Below, one piece after another: positions 1 to 10,369 of a DNA stretch of 64,000 nucleotides. The notes beneath the pieces are model-generated. The model worked only from the letters and a program-made list of their open reading frames with translations. It had not been told where the DNA came from and did no database searches. The DNA lies in the IMG/VR virus record IMGVR_UViG_3300047552_001072, positions 12,954 to 76,953 of that record. One strand, written 5' to 3'. The number at the start of each line of letters is the position of its first letter. The stretch's first letter is position 1. A program made the translations under genes and the position numbers. The DNA is from a virus.

Positions 1-2
1 AT

Positions 3-173
3 AATTATCATTCAGAAGGTCAATATTGTTTTTATCACTGGGAAAAAGAATTTCCTTACGCGATATTTACTTATAAACAACTCTATGAGTTTGAACCCAC
101 AAGATTTAATAAAAGAACATTGGCAAAAGGTATTAAAGAAAAAAATACTTTAAATAAATACGTAGAAATATGA
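3..173 (+). CDS. 3' end of a truncated ORF, probably the crAss-like IHF/HU-like protein that precedes tail genes
   Basis: My translation of frame 3 reads NYHSEGQYCFYHWEKEFPYAIFTYKQLYEFEPTRFNKRTLAKGIKEKNTLNKYVEI*. Its TGA overlaps the next ATG (ATGA at 170-173). The N-x-H-S...W-x-K...Y-x-F...R-x-N-K-R-x-L-A-K pattern and the position resemble crAss IHF-like genes. Confidence 0.55.
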   Translation, partial: NYHSEGQYCFYHWEKEFPYAIFTYKQLYEFEPTRFNKRTLAKGIKEKNTLNKYVEI

Positions 174-1021
174 TAACAGAAAAACCACTAAAATATATCT
201 CAATAGAAGCCGTATTAGACGACATTCATTCTATGGTTGATGATATAGATTGGGATGAAGATAGAATGCTAGAATGGGCCGTTAAAGGTTTTAGAAAGCT
301 TAATTTACCTGCCAAGTATGAAGAACAAGTTGTCTTCTTAAATGTAGTAGATCATACCGCAGAGTTACCCTATGATTTAATCAATATCAATCAAATATTC
401 TTTAGAGAAACATCTGAAGATTTAACAACTGAAGAAGATGGAGTTATTGCTCAAGTAACAGGTATTACTACAGATAAACCTTTCTATAGATTAATAAATA
501 ATAGAGAAGATTTCTTTCAAAGAATACTAGATACTAATAGTAACTTCTACAATTACTTTAAACCATTAAGAAGATACTCAGGACATTTTGGGTTTGTACC
601 TTGTACTCAAGATATTAATCGTGTTAATTGTGAACATCAATATACAATAGAATCTAATAACTTTATTAGAACTTCTTTTAGACAAGGTTGTGTAATATTA
701 TCATATGATGCTAGAATACAGGAAAATTGTTTAGACATGATTCCAGATAATGAGAATCTTAAAGATGCTTTGTTTCACTTCTGTATGTACAGATTTTGGA
801 TGTCAAGATTACATATGAAAGAAGAAGGAACTCAGAATTTAATGCAATTTCATTTAAGACAGTATTCGGCAATAGGCAAGAAAGCTGTTGGTGAAATTAA
901 TAAACCAGATGTTGATCAAATGGAAAACATCAAGAACTTTACTCAAAGACTTGTTCCTAGAGCTAACTTCTATGATAAAGCATTTTCACAATTAAATAAT
1001 AGAGAAAATTTAACTTACTAA
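170..1021 (+). CDS. Tail tubular/ring protein (crAss-like; P22 gp4/T7 gp11 analogue)
   Basis: 283 aa. N-terminal YISIEAVLDDI...MLEWA, then AELPYDL, YTI..NFIRTSF..G.V.LSY and MIPDN...KDAL. Lies directly upstream of the muzzle gene. Confidence 0.7.
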   Translation: MITEKPLKYISIEAVLDDIHSMVDDIDWDEDRMLEWAVKGFRKLNLPAKYEEQVVFLNVVDHTAELPYDLININQIFFRETSEDLTTEEDGVIAQVTGITTDKPFYRLINNREDFFQRILDTNSNFYNYFKPLRRYSGHFGFVPCTQDINRVNCEHQYTIESNNFIRTSFRQGCVILSYDARIQENCLDMIPDNENLKDALFHFCMYRFWMSRLHMKEEGTQNLMQFHLRQYSAIGKKAVGEINKPDVDQMENIKNFTQRLVPRANFYDKAFSQLNNRENLTY

Positions 1022-1022
1022 T

Positions 1023-4000
1023 ATGGGACAAATAAGAGAAATAGATGATATTAAGAAGCCATTAAAAGGTATGGTTACTGATGTTGCACCTATTAACCAA
1101 GTACCTAATTCGTATAGGTTTGCTCTTAATATGTGTGCAGAATCAAGAGAAGGAGATTACTCAGCATTAGTAAATGAAGAAGGTAACACTGAATGTTTTC
1201 AAATAGAAGATAATGAAAAGATTATTGGTACTATATTAATAAGTAATGGTGATACGGTTATATTTATAGCTGATGAGGATCAAACTTATTCAAAGATATC
1301 TATAGTAGATAAGAATTGTAATCTAACTAATAGAATAACATCCTCATGTTTAAATTTTAATAAAGCTTATCCTATACATGGTACTTTCAAAATACATAAT
1401 GGATGTAATAGAATTATATATTTTACAGATAATTATAACCCTATTAGATCAATTAATTTAGATGGGTTAGGCCAATATACACCACAAATAGGAACTAGTG
1501 AAGAGGACTGGATAAATGATGCAAACTTAAATGATTCTTGGTTATGTGAATTATTTAAACTAAATGGAGATTCTATAGTACCTAATATTAATTTTTTAAG
1601 TATAGATGATTATGGTGGAGTATTACCAGTAGGAAGTTATCAATTTGCTATAAGATATGTAACAGAAGATTTAAATCCTACAAATTGGTTTTATATAACT
1701 AATCCAGTAAATTTAGGAGAAACTCCTAAAGGTGACTCAGGATTTCACTTATTAAATAGTAATGGTGGTGTAGTGGGAACAGATCCTGATGCACCTTCAG
1801 GAAGAACTATAAATTTAGAAATTACTAATCTAGACACAAGATATAAATATTACCAATTAGCTTCAATAGAACATAGAGAAGGTACTGGGCAAGTAACAGA
1901 TGTTTTTGAATTACCTAGACAATTAATAGAGAGTACCTCAGATATTTTTGTATTTAAAGGCACAGAAGAAACAATAGAAGTTACTTTAGAGAGTGTTTCT
2001 GTTCCTTCTTTAACTTTTAATAAAGTAGGATCAATAGCTCAAACAGATAATAGATTAATCTTAGCTAATACAGAAGATGTACTTAAAGATTATACTGAGT
2101 TACAAAAAATAGCAAGTAAGATAAAAACTTCTTGGGGAGTTAACTATATGAAAAAAATGCATATAGGAAATTATGATCTAGATTCTTTTCAAACAGATTC
2201 TTCTACAGGTAAATTTTCTTTTGATTATTTAACATATGCACGAGATGAAGTTTATGCTTTAGGTATAGTTTTTGTATTTAATGATGGATCAGAATCACCT
2301 GTATTTCATATTCCAGGGAGACCTGCAAATACAGGAGTTATTAATAATAATGTGTATAGTAATGCAGCAATATCTATAATAGGAAATGCAAATACTCATA
2401 CTAGAAACCAAGTACCATTTGGGGAGCCTTGGGATAGACAATTATTAACAGTTATTGATTCTTCTCTTGTACCTAATGGAACTACAGAAGTAAGAGAAAG
2501 TAATGTTAAGCATATTCCTTTAGTAGAATTTACTAATCCAAGTGATCCTAGAATTGGTAATACAATTGAGAGATGGAAAGTATTTAATACAGCTACACAT
2601 GGACCTGCAGGAACTATTAATAGGTATAGTGGTGCTTCAAGTGGGTGTTTAGGTTTTTATGAGGCAGATGAAATATATAAAGATATATTAGATTGTAATG
2701 GAGATTCTATATGGGGGGTTGATTTTAATGGAGACTCTTTAGTTGGAGAAAAAATTAGACACCATAGAATGCCTGATTCAATATTATACCCAATAGACGA
2801 TGACTTAGAAATAGATAATTATGTTGCTTTAGCAGAAATGTTTCCTATAAAGTTAAATATTTCTAATGTTGATATTCCTGTAAATTTATTAAATGATATA
2901 CAAGGATTTTATATAGTAAAAGGAGTAAGATCAGATAGTAATGCTACAGTTTTAGACGCAGGATTATTTGTGGGTACTCAATATTTACCTGCGTATACTA
3001 ATACTGAAACGGGAGAATCTTTTCCAGCTACAAGTCAAGTATATTCTTATATAACTAATATTGCTGGACCCTATTTAAATAGTGAATTAAATATAGGTGT
3101 ATTTATATCTCCAAGAGCTCAATTTAGAAAAGATATAAAACCTAGTACTTATTTTAAGTTTGATGAAAGATTAACTGCTAATTTAATTACAGATTTATCA
3201 CAAAAAGAAATAAGAGATGTAACAGAAGAAGATTGTCAATTTAGAATAATCACTGATTATGCTTATGTTAATCATGATTCAATTCAAGGAGCTTTAGGTA
3301 CATTTCCTTATGCTTTACAAAATCTTAATAGTAATATAGATACATTATTTATTAGAATAGAAGATCCATATAATACTTTATACATAACTCCTGCAGATGA
3401 ATTTGTTCAACACTATTATGTGACTTTGAAACAGTGGATAAAACCATATGGAGAATTGGGAGATATTGAATATGAAAGAACTAATAATATCAAAATAGAA
3501 CCTGTTAATTCTTCCACAATATTTAGAATAGGAGGTGGAGATACTTATCTAGGTGAGATGAGTTTTAGAACAATAGGTACTGGAGGAGAACGTGTAAATA
3601 GTAATTTTTATTTTGAAAGTATAGTAAATCCTGAATTAAGAAAATCTGGTGAAGAAGACTCAGAAAATCATTGGAGAAATTATGGGGGAACTGCAACAGA
3701 CTTTGTAAATACTGGTGGATTAGAATTCTTTGTAGAAAATAGAGACATGTCATTAAGAAATGATGTTAGATTATATTTTCCTTTACCCATTGATTACGAT
3801 TTCTGTTCTGAGTGTCAGAATAGATTTCCTACACGTATTTGGTATTCAAAAAGATCCTATCAAGAATCTATATATGATAATTATAGAGTATTCTTAGCTA
3901 ATGATTACAGGGACTTACTTTCTAATGGCGGTGAAATAACTAATTTATTTGTTTATAAAGATCAATTATATGCACAGACTCCAGAGACTTCTTGGTTCGT

Positions 4001-5285
4001 AGCAACTAGACCACAAGAACTTCAAACAAATGAAGGAACAATCTCTGTAGGTACTGGGGATTTGTTATCAATACCACCAAGAAAACTTGAAACAGTTGAT
4101 AGAGGTTATGCAGGTAATCAACATAAATTTTCTGCAGTAATATCAGAATTTGGTACAACTTGGGTAGATGCAGATGCTGGTAAAGTATTTAATTTTAATG
4201 GACAGTTAAATGAACTCTCTGCTTTAGGAATGCGTAATTGGTTTGCTGAAAACCTTAAATTCTCAGGTGGAGTAAATGATCAAATATCAGGATTCAACAT
4301 AGAATCAACAGTACATAAAAATGGTATTGGATTTATTTCTACATTTGATCCTAGACATAATAGATATATACTCAGAAAGAAGTATTATAAAATTATAGAC
4401 CTTGAATGGTTAGGTAGTTTAATTATCACAGATGAATATGAGGCTGATATTGAGAATGGTTATAATTCAACCACAGGAGAATTTTATACATGGCCTATAG
4501 GATTTTCTTTAACTATAGTTAACATACATGAAGATCCAACTTTAGTAGAAGATCTATCTTGGACTATATCATTTTCATATCCACATAATGCATGGATGTC
4601 TTATCATTCATATAGACCTAATTGGATGTGGCATGATAGAAATAATTATTATACATATAATAATGTAACAGAAGGAAGTAACAATAGATATGCTTGGTTG
4701 CATAATCAAAGAAACTATGGTGAATACTATAACTTAGTTCACCCTAGTACCATTTACGGAATATTTAATGTTAATGGTTATTTAACAAAAGTATTTAATC
4801 ATCTTGAGTTAGTTACTTCATCTTACTCTTGGTTGGGAGATCAATTAGTTAAGAACGAAGATGATTCTATTTATGAGGCATTCTTTCATACAGATAGACA
4901 AAGTTCTTCATTACTTAGTGTACAAGTAAAAAATAGTTTAGACACTACAGATCCATTTGTATCAATAGAATATGATTTATCTAAAGCAGAAATTCAAAAT
5001 AATGAAGATACTTGGAATCTTAGTAAGTTTTATGATTTAACTTTTGACTATACTTTACCTATCTTTACAAATGATTGGAGCAATTCAACTTATCAAAATA
5101 AGAGAATTACAGATGGTTATATTTATTATCCCAATGATCTAAGAGATGATGCAACTAAATTTCAATTTGATCTTAATCCATTAAGAGGAAAATATTTAGG
5201 TGTATTCTTAAACTATGATAATACATTAGCAAATAAATTTGTAATAGACTTCTTAAATACGTCACAAAATATATCATTTAAATAA
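1023..5285 (+). CDS. Tail stabilization/muzzle protein (crAss-like; P22 gp10 analogue)
   Basis: 1420 aa, beta-rich. Motifs KGMVTD...Y.FALN, IIYFTDNYNPIRSIN, GSYQFAIRY, NRLILAN, RDEVYALGIVF..DG.ESPVFHIPGR, IRHHRMP, GGDTY, FPTRIWYS, WTISFS...W.SYHSY.P. Confidence 0.8.
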   Translation: MGQIREIDDIKKPLKGMVTDVAPINQVPNSYRFALNMCAESREGDYSALVNEEGNTECFQIEDNEKIIGTILISNGDTVIFIADEDQTYSKISIVDKNCNLTNRITSSCLNFNKAYPIHGTFKIHNGCNRIIYFTDNYNPIRSINLDGLGQYTPQIGTSEEDWINDANLNDSWLCELFKLNGDSIVPNINFLSIDDYGGVLPVGSYQFAIRYVTEDLNPTNWFYITNPVNLGETPKGDSGFHLLNSNGGVVGTDPDAPSGRTINLEITNLDTRYKYYQLASIEHREGTGQVTDVFELPRQLIESTSDIFVFKGTEETIEVTLESVSVPSLTFNKVGSIAQTDNRLILANTEDVLKDYTELQKIASKIKTSWGVNYMKKMHIGNYDLDSFQTDSSTGKFSFDYLTYARDEVYALGIVFVFNDGSESPVFHIPGRPANTGVINNNVYSNAAISIIGNANTHTRNQVPFGEPWDRQLLTVIDSSLVPNGTTEVRESNVKHIPLVEFTNPSDPRIGNTIERWKVFNTATHGPAGTINRYSGASSGCLGFYEADEIYKDILDCNGDSIWGVDFNGDSLVGEKIRHHRMPDSILYPIDDDLEIDNYVALAEMFPIKLNISNVDIPVNLLNDIQGFYIVKGVRSDSNATVLDAGLFVGTQYLPAYTNTETGESFPATSQVYSYITNIAGPYLNSELNIGVFISPRAQFRKDIKPSTYFKFDERLTANLITDLSQKEIRDVTEEDCQFRIITDYAYVNHDSIQGALGTFPYALQNLNSNIDTLFIRIEDPYNTLYITPADEFVQHYYVTLKQWIKPYGELGDIEYERTNNIKIEPVNSSTIFRIGGGDTYLGEMSFRTIGTGGERVNSNFYFESIVNPELRKSGEEDSENHWRNYGGTATDFVNTGGLEFFVENRDMSLRNDVRLYFPLPIDYDFCSECQNRFPTRIWYSKRSYQESIYDNYRVFLANDYRDLLSNGGEITNLFVYKDQLYAQTPETSWFVATRPQELQTNEGTISVGTGDLLSIPPRKLETVDRGYAGNQHKFSAVISEFGTTWVDADAGKVFNFNGQLNELSALGMRNWFAENLKFSGGVNDQISGFNIESTVHKNGIGFISTFDPRHNRYILRKKYYKIIDLEWLGSLIITDEYEADIENGYNSTTGEFYTWPIGFSLTIVNIHEDPTLVEDLSWTISFSYPHNAWMSYHSYRPNWMWHDRNNYYTYNNVTEGSNNRYAWLHNQRNYGEYYNLVHPSTIYGIFNVNGYLTKVFNHLELVTSSYSWLGDQLVKNEDDSIYEAFFHTDRQSSSLLSVQVKNSLDTTDPFVSIEYDLSKAEIQNNEDTWNLSKFYDLTFDYTLPIFTNDWSNSTYQNKRITDGYIYYPNDLRDDATKFQFDLNPLRGKYLGVFLNYDNTLANKFVIDFLNTSQNISFK

Positions 5286-5286
5286 C

Positions 5287-7743
5287 ATGAATAAAAAGAA
5301 AAAAATAAATTTTAAACAGTGGCTTGCATGTGGAGGTAAAATGAAGTATAACAGAGGAGGAGAATCTGGTACTGGGGTAATAGCTAACACAAATGCTACT
5401 AGTGGATACGTAGAACCAGAAAGATATGTATACGATGAAAACGCAAATACACAAAGAACTATTGGTTCGGTTATCTCTGGTGTAGGTGGAGTTGCTGCTG
5501 CCGCTAATCCTATTGTAGGTGCTATATTAGGTGCAGTAGGTGGTATTGTTTCAAGTACAGCACAACCACAAATTGTGGAAAAGCAAAGACAAAATACTAA
5601 TCCTTATGGGTATAAGTTAGGAGGATTAATGCAAAACTTAGATGATCCTATTAGAGATCCTGTTACAGGAAAAATAATTGGATATACATCTAGAGCTAAA
5701 AGATCTGAAGTTACTCCTACAGTAGATAACAGTACTACTAAATACTACGAAGAGATATATGAAGAAAAGAATGAACATCAAAGAATGTATGAGTTAGGAT
5801 TAACAGGAAATAGATCTAATAGTACAGACGTAAAAGAAACTATATCTAAAGAAGAACGTGCCAGAAGAGATGCAGAAGTTGCTGCAGAAATATCTAAAAT
5901 AAATAAAAAAGAATATGTTAATGGTGGTGATCTTGAAGCAATAAGTAATGATTCAATTCAAGTAGATGCTGATAATCCTTCATTAACAGATTCTGTAGAA
6001 ACAGATAAGGCTTTTTTAGATCATAATGAAGTTGTTACTGGATCTAGAGTTTATAGTGATTCTTTGATTAATCCAAATACTGGAAATAGTTTTGCTAAAG
6101 ATGAATCAAGATTACAGAAAATATTAGGTAAGATTCAAAAGAATAAAGAAAGATCTGGGGATACAGAATATAAAGACGAAGAATACTTGAATAGAAATTC
6201 TAAAGCTTTATTTGAAACTCAAGAACAAGTTGCACAAATGATGGGATTACGTAATGAAGATGGTACACCTAAACAAGAAGGTGGTATGAAGTTTGGTGGA
6301 AAGATGGATCCTCCAAAAGGTAATCCTATAGAAGAGATGATTCTTAATAAAATTATGTTACTTAAGAATCAAGATAAGCCTATGGTAAAAAGATTGTTAA
6401 GTTCTGATCCACAAGTTATAAATAATGATACAGGAGAATCAATGAAAGCTTCTGAAGCTCGTGGAGCAAAAAGTATTTCTACACATGTTATGACAGATAG
6501 TTATAACGATGGAAGTTATACACAAGTATTTCCAACAGTATCAGAAGATTCTAAAGGTAAGTTATCTCATAATGAAGATGTATTTAAAGCTTTGGACTCA
6601 GGGGATTATATGAATGTTCCAGCTAATATGGCAGAAAAATTTGCAAAGACAGGTTATAAACAAGGAGCAAAAGGACTCAATGAAGATGTGGGGTATAAAT
6701 TTAAATTTGGAGGAATGATTGGTAAGAAGAAACCTAAGTATATTGGTGGTGGACCTATTAAAGATCCTACTAATTTATTTGGACAAGAAGTAGAACTAGG
6801 TTCTGGTGAGAACTTATTTGGAAATACAACTTATCCAGATTTTGTTTCTCCTGGATTACGTACTCAATTAAATACAGATAATCTTACGACACTACCATCA
6901 GGACAACTAACACTACCTGAATCAGAATATGATACATTTACAGGTGTTAAGAAATCTTTACTAGGATTAAATAATTATAATCCAGGCACTACATCAAGTT
7001 CAGTAATAGAACCTAATGTTAGTGAAAATGCTAGTACTAATAATACTGTAGGAGCAGGTAAAACTTTAATGGATAGATTAGGTGGAGCTACAGCAAGTGA
7101 AACTACAGGAGCTAAGAAGTTTAATGAATTTCCATTTGGCGAAGTAGGTACTGGGGTAGGTTTAGTATCAAACATAATCAATAAACTTACTAATAAACCT
7201 ACTAATGTAGATTATGCTGATATTGGTAAACCTGAATTAGATATGCAAGAGAAAGCATTACAAGGTTTACGTAGAGGAGAATCTACAGCACTTGCGGATG
7301 CAACTATGGAAGGTAAAGTGGCTAAAGAAAATCTTGATGCAAGATCTTTACAAACACGTAATGCTAACTTAAGAAATATTGCTACAGGGATAGCTAAAGC
7401 CAAAGCAGGAATCAGAGATAACTTTGCTAATAGAATGGCAGGAGCTTTAGGACAATTTGGAGCAAGACGCAGTGCATTAGAAGAAGCTAACAGACAAAAG
7501 AATATGAATGTTGATGTAATCAATACTCAAGAAGCAGATGCTGTTAGAACTGAGGCTATGAAGATGGATGAGAATGTTCGTAAGTTATTAATTGAATATC
7601 AACTATCACAGAATAATAGAAAGACTAATGACCAATTGTCTAAGTTATTAAGAACTCAAAACTTTAAATTTGATCCTAATTCAGAAGAAGGAATTCAATT
7701 TATTAAAGTATTAAGTAGACTTCAAAATACTAAAACAGAATAA
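5287..7743 (+). CDS. Probable virion cargo/ejection protein with Gly/Ala-rich hydrophobic segments and repeated [FYML]xxGG motifs
   Basis: 818 aa. Segment GSVISGVGGVAAAANPIVGAILGAVGGIVSS, motif E.V...RVYSD, C-terminal coiled coil. Position between the muzzle and RNAP genes matches crAss cargo genes. Confidence 0.6.
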   Translation: MNKKKKINFKQWLACGGKMKYNRGGESGTGVIANTNATSGYVEPERYVYDENANTQRTIGSVISGVGGVAAAANPIVGAILGAVGGIVSSTAQPQIVEKQRQNTNPYGYKLGGLMQNLDDPIRDPVTGKIIGYTSRAKRSEVTPTVDNSTTKYYEEIYEEKNEHQRMYELGLTGNRSNSTDVKETISKEERARRDAEVAAEISKINKKEYVNGGDLEAISNDSIQVDADNPSLTDSVETDKAFLDHNEVVTGSRVYSDSLINPNTGNSFAKDESRLQKILGKIQKNKERSGDTEYKDEEYLNRNSKALFETQEQVAQMMGLRNEDGTPKQEGGMKFGGKMDPPKGNPIEEMILNKIMLLKNQDKPMVKRLLSSDPQVINNDTGESMKASEARGAKSISTHVMTDSYNDGSYTQVFPTVSEDSKGKLSHNEDVFKALDSGDYMNVPANMAEKFAKTGYKQGAKGLNEDVGYKFKFGGMIGKKKPKYIGGGPIKDPTNLFGQEVELGSGENLFGNTTYPDFVSPGLRTQLNTDNLTTLPSGQLTLPESEYDTFTGVKKSLLGLNNYNPGTTSSSVIEPNVSENASTNNTVGAGKTLMDRLGGATASETTGAKKFNEFPFGEVGTGVGLVSNIINKLTNKPTNVDYADIGKPELDMQEKALQGLRRGESTALADATMEGKVAKENLDARSLQTRNANLRNIATGIAKAKAGIRDNFANRMAGALGQFGARRSALEEANRQKNMNVDVINTQEADAVRTEAMKMDENVRKLLIEYQLSQNNRKTNDQLSKLLRTQNFKFDPNSEEGIQFIKVLSRLQNTKTE

Positions 7744-7745
7744 AT

Positions 7746-10343
7746 ATGGCTAGATTTTTTCAGGCTCCCATAGTTCAACCAATGGACTATGGGTTTAAAT
7801 TACCCTTCAATGAAATTATGGGAGCCCTTAGAATGAAACAACAAGAGCAAGATACTGCAGTAGCTGAATTAGGTAAAATATATGATGATACAGCAAATAG
7901 TCTTGCAGTAGACTACCCTTTGAGAGATGCTTACTTAGCTGATAAACAAAGACGTATAGATAGTATAATGTATGATGCACAAGGTAACTTACAAGACTTA
8001 ACAGGTAAGACCAGAGAGATACAGGCAGAGGCTAGACGTCAAATATCAGAAAAGAAATCAGGAGGTATTCATTGGGGAGTAGAAGGATCTTTAGATAATA
8101 GAACTAAGTATAATGAATCAGTAGAAAAAAATGAAAAGATTACTGCAGATCAAAAAATATATCTTACTGAAAGATCTGATTATGAGTATAATATTAAAGG
8201 TGGTTTAGGTAAACCACAAGGACCTAATGGATTATATAGTGAACAACAATTATATCAAGGTATTAAACCTGCTAACTATGTTGATATTGAGAAAGTAGGT
8301 GATGGTTATGGTAAAGACGCTGGTGATAGTCAAATACAAATATCTGGTGTTCAGATAGACCCTAAAACATCTCAAGTACTAGGTGGAGAAGATGGATTAT
8401 TTAAAGATGTACATAACGGTATGTTTGTACAAACAGGTACTCTTTTAACAAAAACATATGATCAAATATTTAATGCTACTGCTAATGGTTTAACAACTAA
8501 TAAAGAAGCCTTAGAGTATATGGAACAAGAAGCTAGAACTATTGCATGGAAAGCAGGAAATAAAAATCCTACCCAAGAACAAATACAGCAACATATTGAT
8601 ACTCGTATACTAGAAGAGTCTGATAGGATAGCACATAAGTATATGTCTGCTAAATTTCAACCAATGGTATATCAACATTGGAGAAATGCTAAAGCTGCTG
8701 ATCATAGATATAAGATGGCTCAGATTGATTATGAGAAAGCAAAAGATCTTAAACCTATTGAAACTCCAATCAATACTGTTCAAAACGTAATTAATACTAA
8801 AGACTTATTTACTAAAAGAACAACCACGGAAGAATCATTAAAAGCTGCTAAAGAGAAAGTAGCATCTATGACAGGACCTGATGGAAAGTTATTACCAATG
8901 TTTGCTTCTGATCCAAGTAGAGTACAAGAGTTTAAAGCTGCACAAAATCAAGCAAGACTTGCACAATTACAATTAGATGGGTTAAAGAATACTGAAGATC
9001 TTATCTTAAAAAAACAAGGATATAATGATGCTAATATTGCAATAGCTACAGTAGAACAAGTACTAGGTAGTTATCTACAAGGTAATGAGGAAAGAGATAA
9101 AGTAGTTAAGGAACATTCTAATAGTTTAATATCCTATATTGTTACTGGAAAGTATAATCTTGCTACTCTTAATCCAGATGATTTAAAAAAGGTTAAAAAC
9201 TTTAATGATCAAATACAACATTACGCAGGTAATTTTGAAGAAATTGAAAGAGTATATGATAAGGGAATGAGAGATAGAGCAATCAATCTTATGTCAGGAA
9301 ACCATCCTAAGGAATTAGAGAAGTTGCTAGGGTCTAGAAACTATGGTGATGCAAATAATCCTGGAGTATTTATGATGAATCAATTACAATCTTCGTTTAA
9401 GAAAAGAAGAGAAGATGCTATTGTTAATGCTTCTAATAATATAAATGCTACTGGTGGATTAAACTTTACAGCTGAAGGAACAACTTTAACAAGTACTGAT
9501 AGTCCAACTGCATCCTATTTAACTGCTGTTAACACTTCTGCTACAGAAGAGTTTAAAAAGAATAACTATGCAGGATTAGTAGTATCTCAAGGGCTATACG
9601 CAGGAGAAGAATTCACTCCAGCTACTTTACTTAAAGGTGTTTCTGGATATGAAGGTGGACAAGTTAAGTCTATTAAAATAGATGTAATGCCTCAAAATAC
9701 TTCAGGTATTGGTAGAGGTGGAAAACCTCAATGGAGAATTTCTGGTGAAATTTTAAACTCTGATGGAAAAAAACCTAAAATTATTGAAATAGTAACTACA
9801 CTAGATCCTAAGAAAGCATCTTCATTAGTAGCAGCAAGAGATGAAGCAGCTATGCAAATGTTGGAGAATGTTGCAGATAAGAGATCAGAACAATACGCAC
9901 AAGAAGTATGGTCATCAGCTACACAGATGTTAGGAGGTAGTACAGACTTAATGTATAATATGTTTGATCAATTAGACACTGCAGCAAGTGAAGGGGCAGA
10001 ACAAGTTATTAAAGATTCTGATGGAAGACCTTTGATAGGTGTAAGAAAAAACTATGGGGGAACTTGGTCTTTCTTTGAACCGTTTAAAGATTCTAAAGGA
10101 GATTGGAAAGTAGAATTTAATCCAGATAGAATTATAAAAGATACAAGAGCAAATCATTATAATACAGGTAAAACAGAATTTCAACATATTACAGATTTAC
10201 AAGAACTTGTTGGTGAAAAAGTATATGATATTAAACGTAATAGAAAAAGCTTAGATTCTCATAGAGCTTTATTTAATTTACCTAGATACGTAGGTGACTC
10301 TTCAAGTATGGGGGAAGATCCTAATGCACAAGGAATGAGATAA
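7746..10343 (+). CDS. Probable virion cargo/ejection protein 2
   Basis: 865 aa, helical, no Cys. N-terminus MARFFQ...LPFNEI..AL.MKQ. Called from synteny with crAss cargo genes. Confidence 0.55.
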   Translation: MARFFQAPIVQPMDYGFKLPFNEIMGALRMKQQEQDTAVAELGKIYDDTANSLAVDYPLRDAYLADKQRRIDSIMYDAQGNLQDLTGKTREIQAEARRQISEKKSGGIHWGVEGSLDNRTKYNESVEKNEKITADQKIYLTERSDYEYNIKGGLGKPQGPNGLYSEQQLYQGIKPANYVDIEKVGDGYGKDAGDSQIQISGVQIDPKTSQVLGGEDGLFKDVHNGMFVQTGTLLTKTYDQIFNATANGLTTNKEALEYMEQEARTIAWKAGNKNPTQEQIQQHIDTRILEESDRIAHKYMSAKFQPMVYQHWRNAKAADHRYKMAQIDYEKAKDLKPIETPINTVQNVINTKDLFTKRTTTEESLKAAKEKVASMTGPDGKLLPMFASDPSRVQEFKAAQNQARLAQLQLDGLKNTEDLILKKQGYNDANIAIATVEQVLGSYLQGNEERDKVVKEHSNSLISYIVTGKYNLATLNPDDLKKVKNFNDQIQHYAGNFEEIERVYDKGMRDRAINLMSGNHPKELEKLLGSRNYGDANNPGVFMMNQLQSSFKKRREDAIVNASNNINATGGLNFTAEGTTLTSTDSPTASYLTAVNTSATEEFKKNNYAGLVVSQGLYAGEEFTPATLLKGVSGYEGGQVKSIKIDVMPQNTSGIGRGGKPQWRISGEILNSDGKKPKIIEIVTTLDPKKASSLVAARDEAAMQMLENVADKRSEQYAQEVWSSATQMLGGSTDLMYNMFDQLDTAASEGAEQVIKDSDGRPLIGVRKNYGGTWSFFEPFKDSKGDWKVEFNPDRIIKDTRANHYNTGKTEFQHITDLQELVGEKVYDIKRNRKSLDSHRALFNLPRYVGDSSSMGEDPNAQGMR

Positions 10344-10369
10344 TTTTTTAAACATAAAACAAAAATAAA

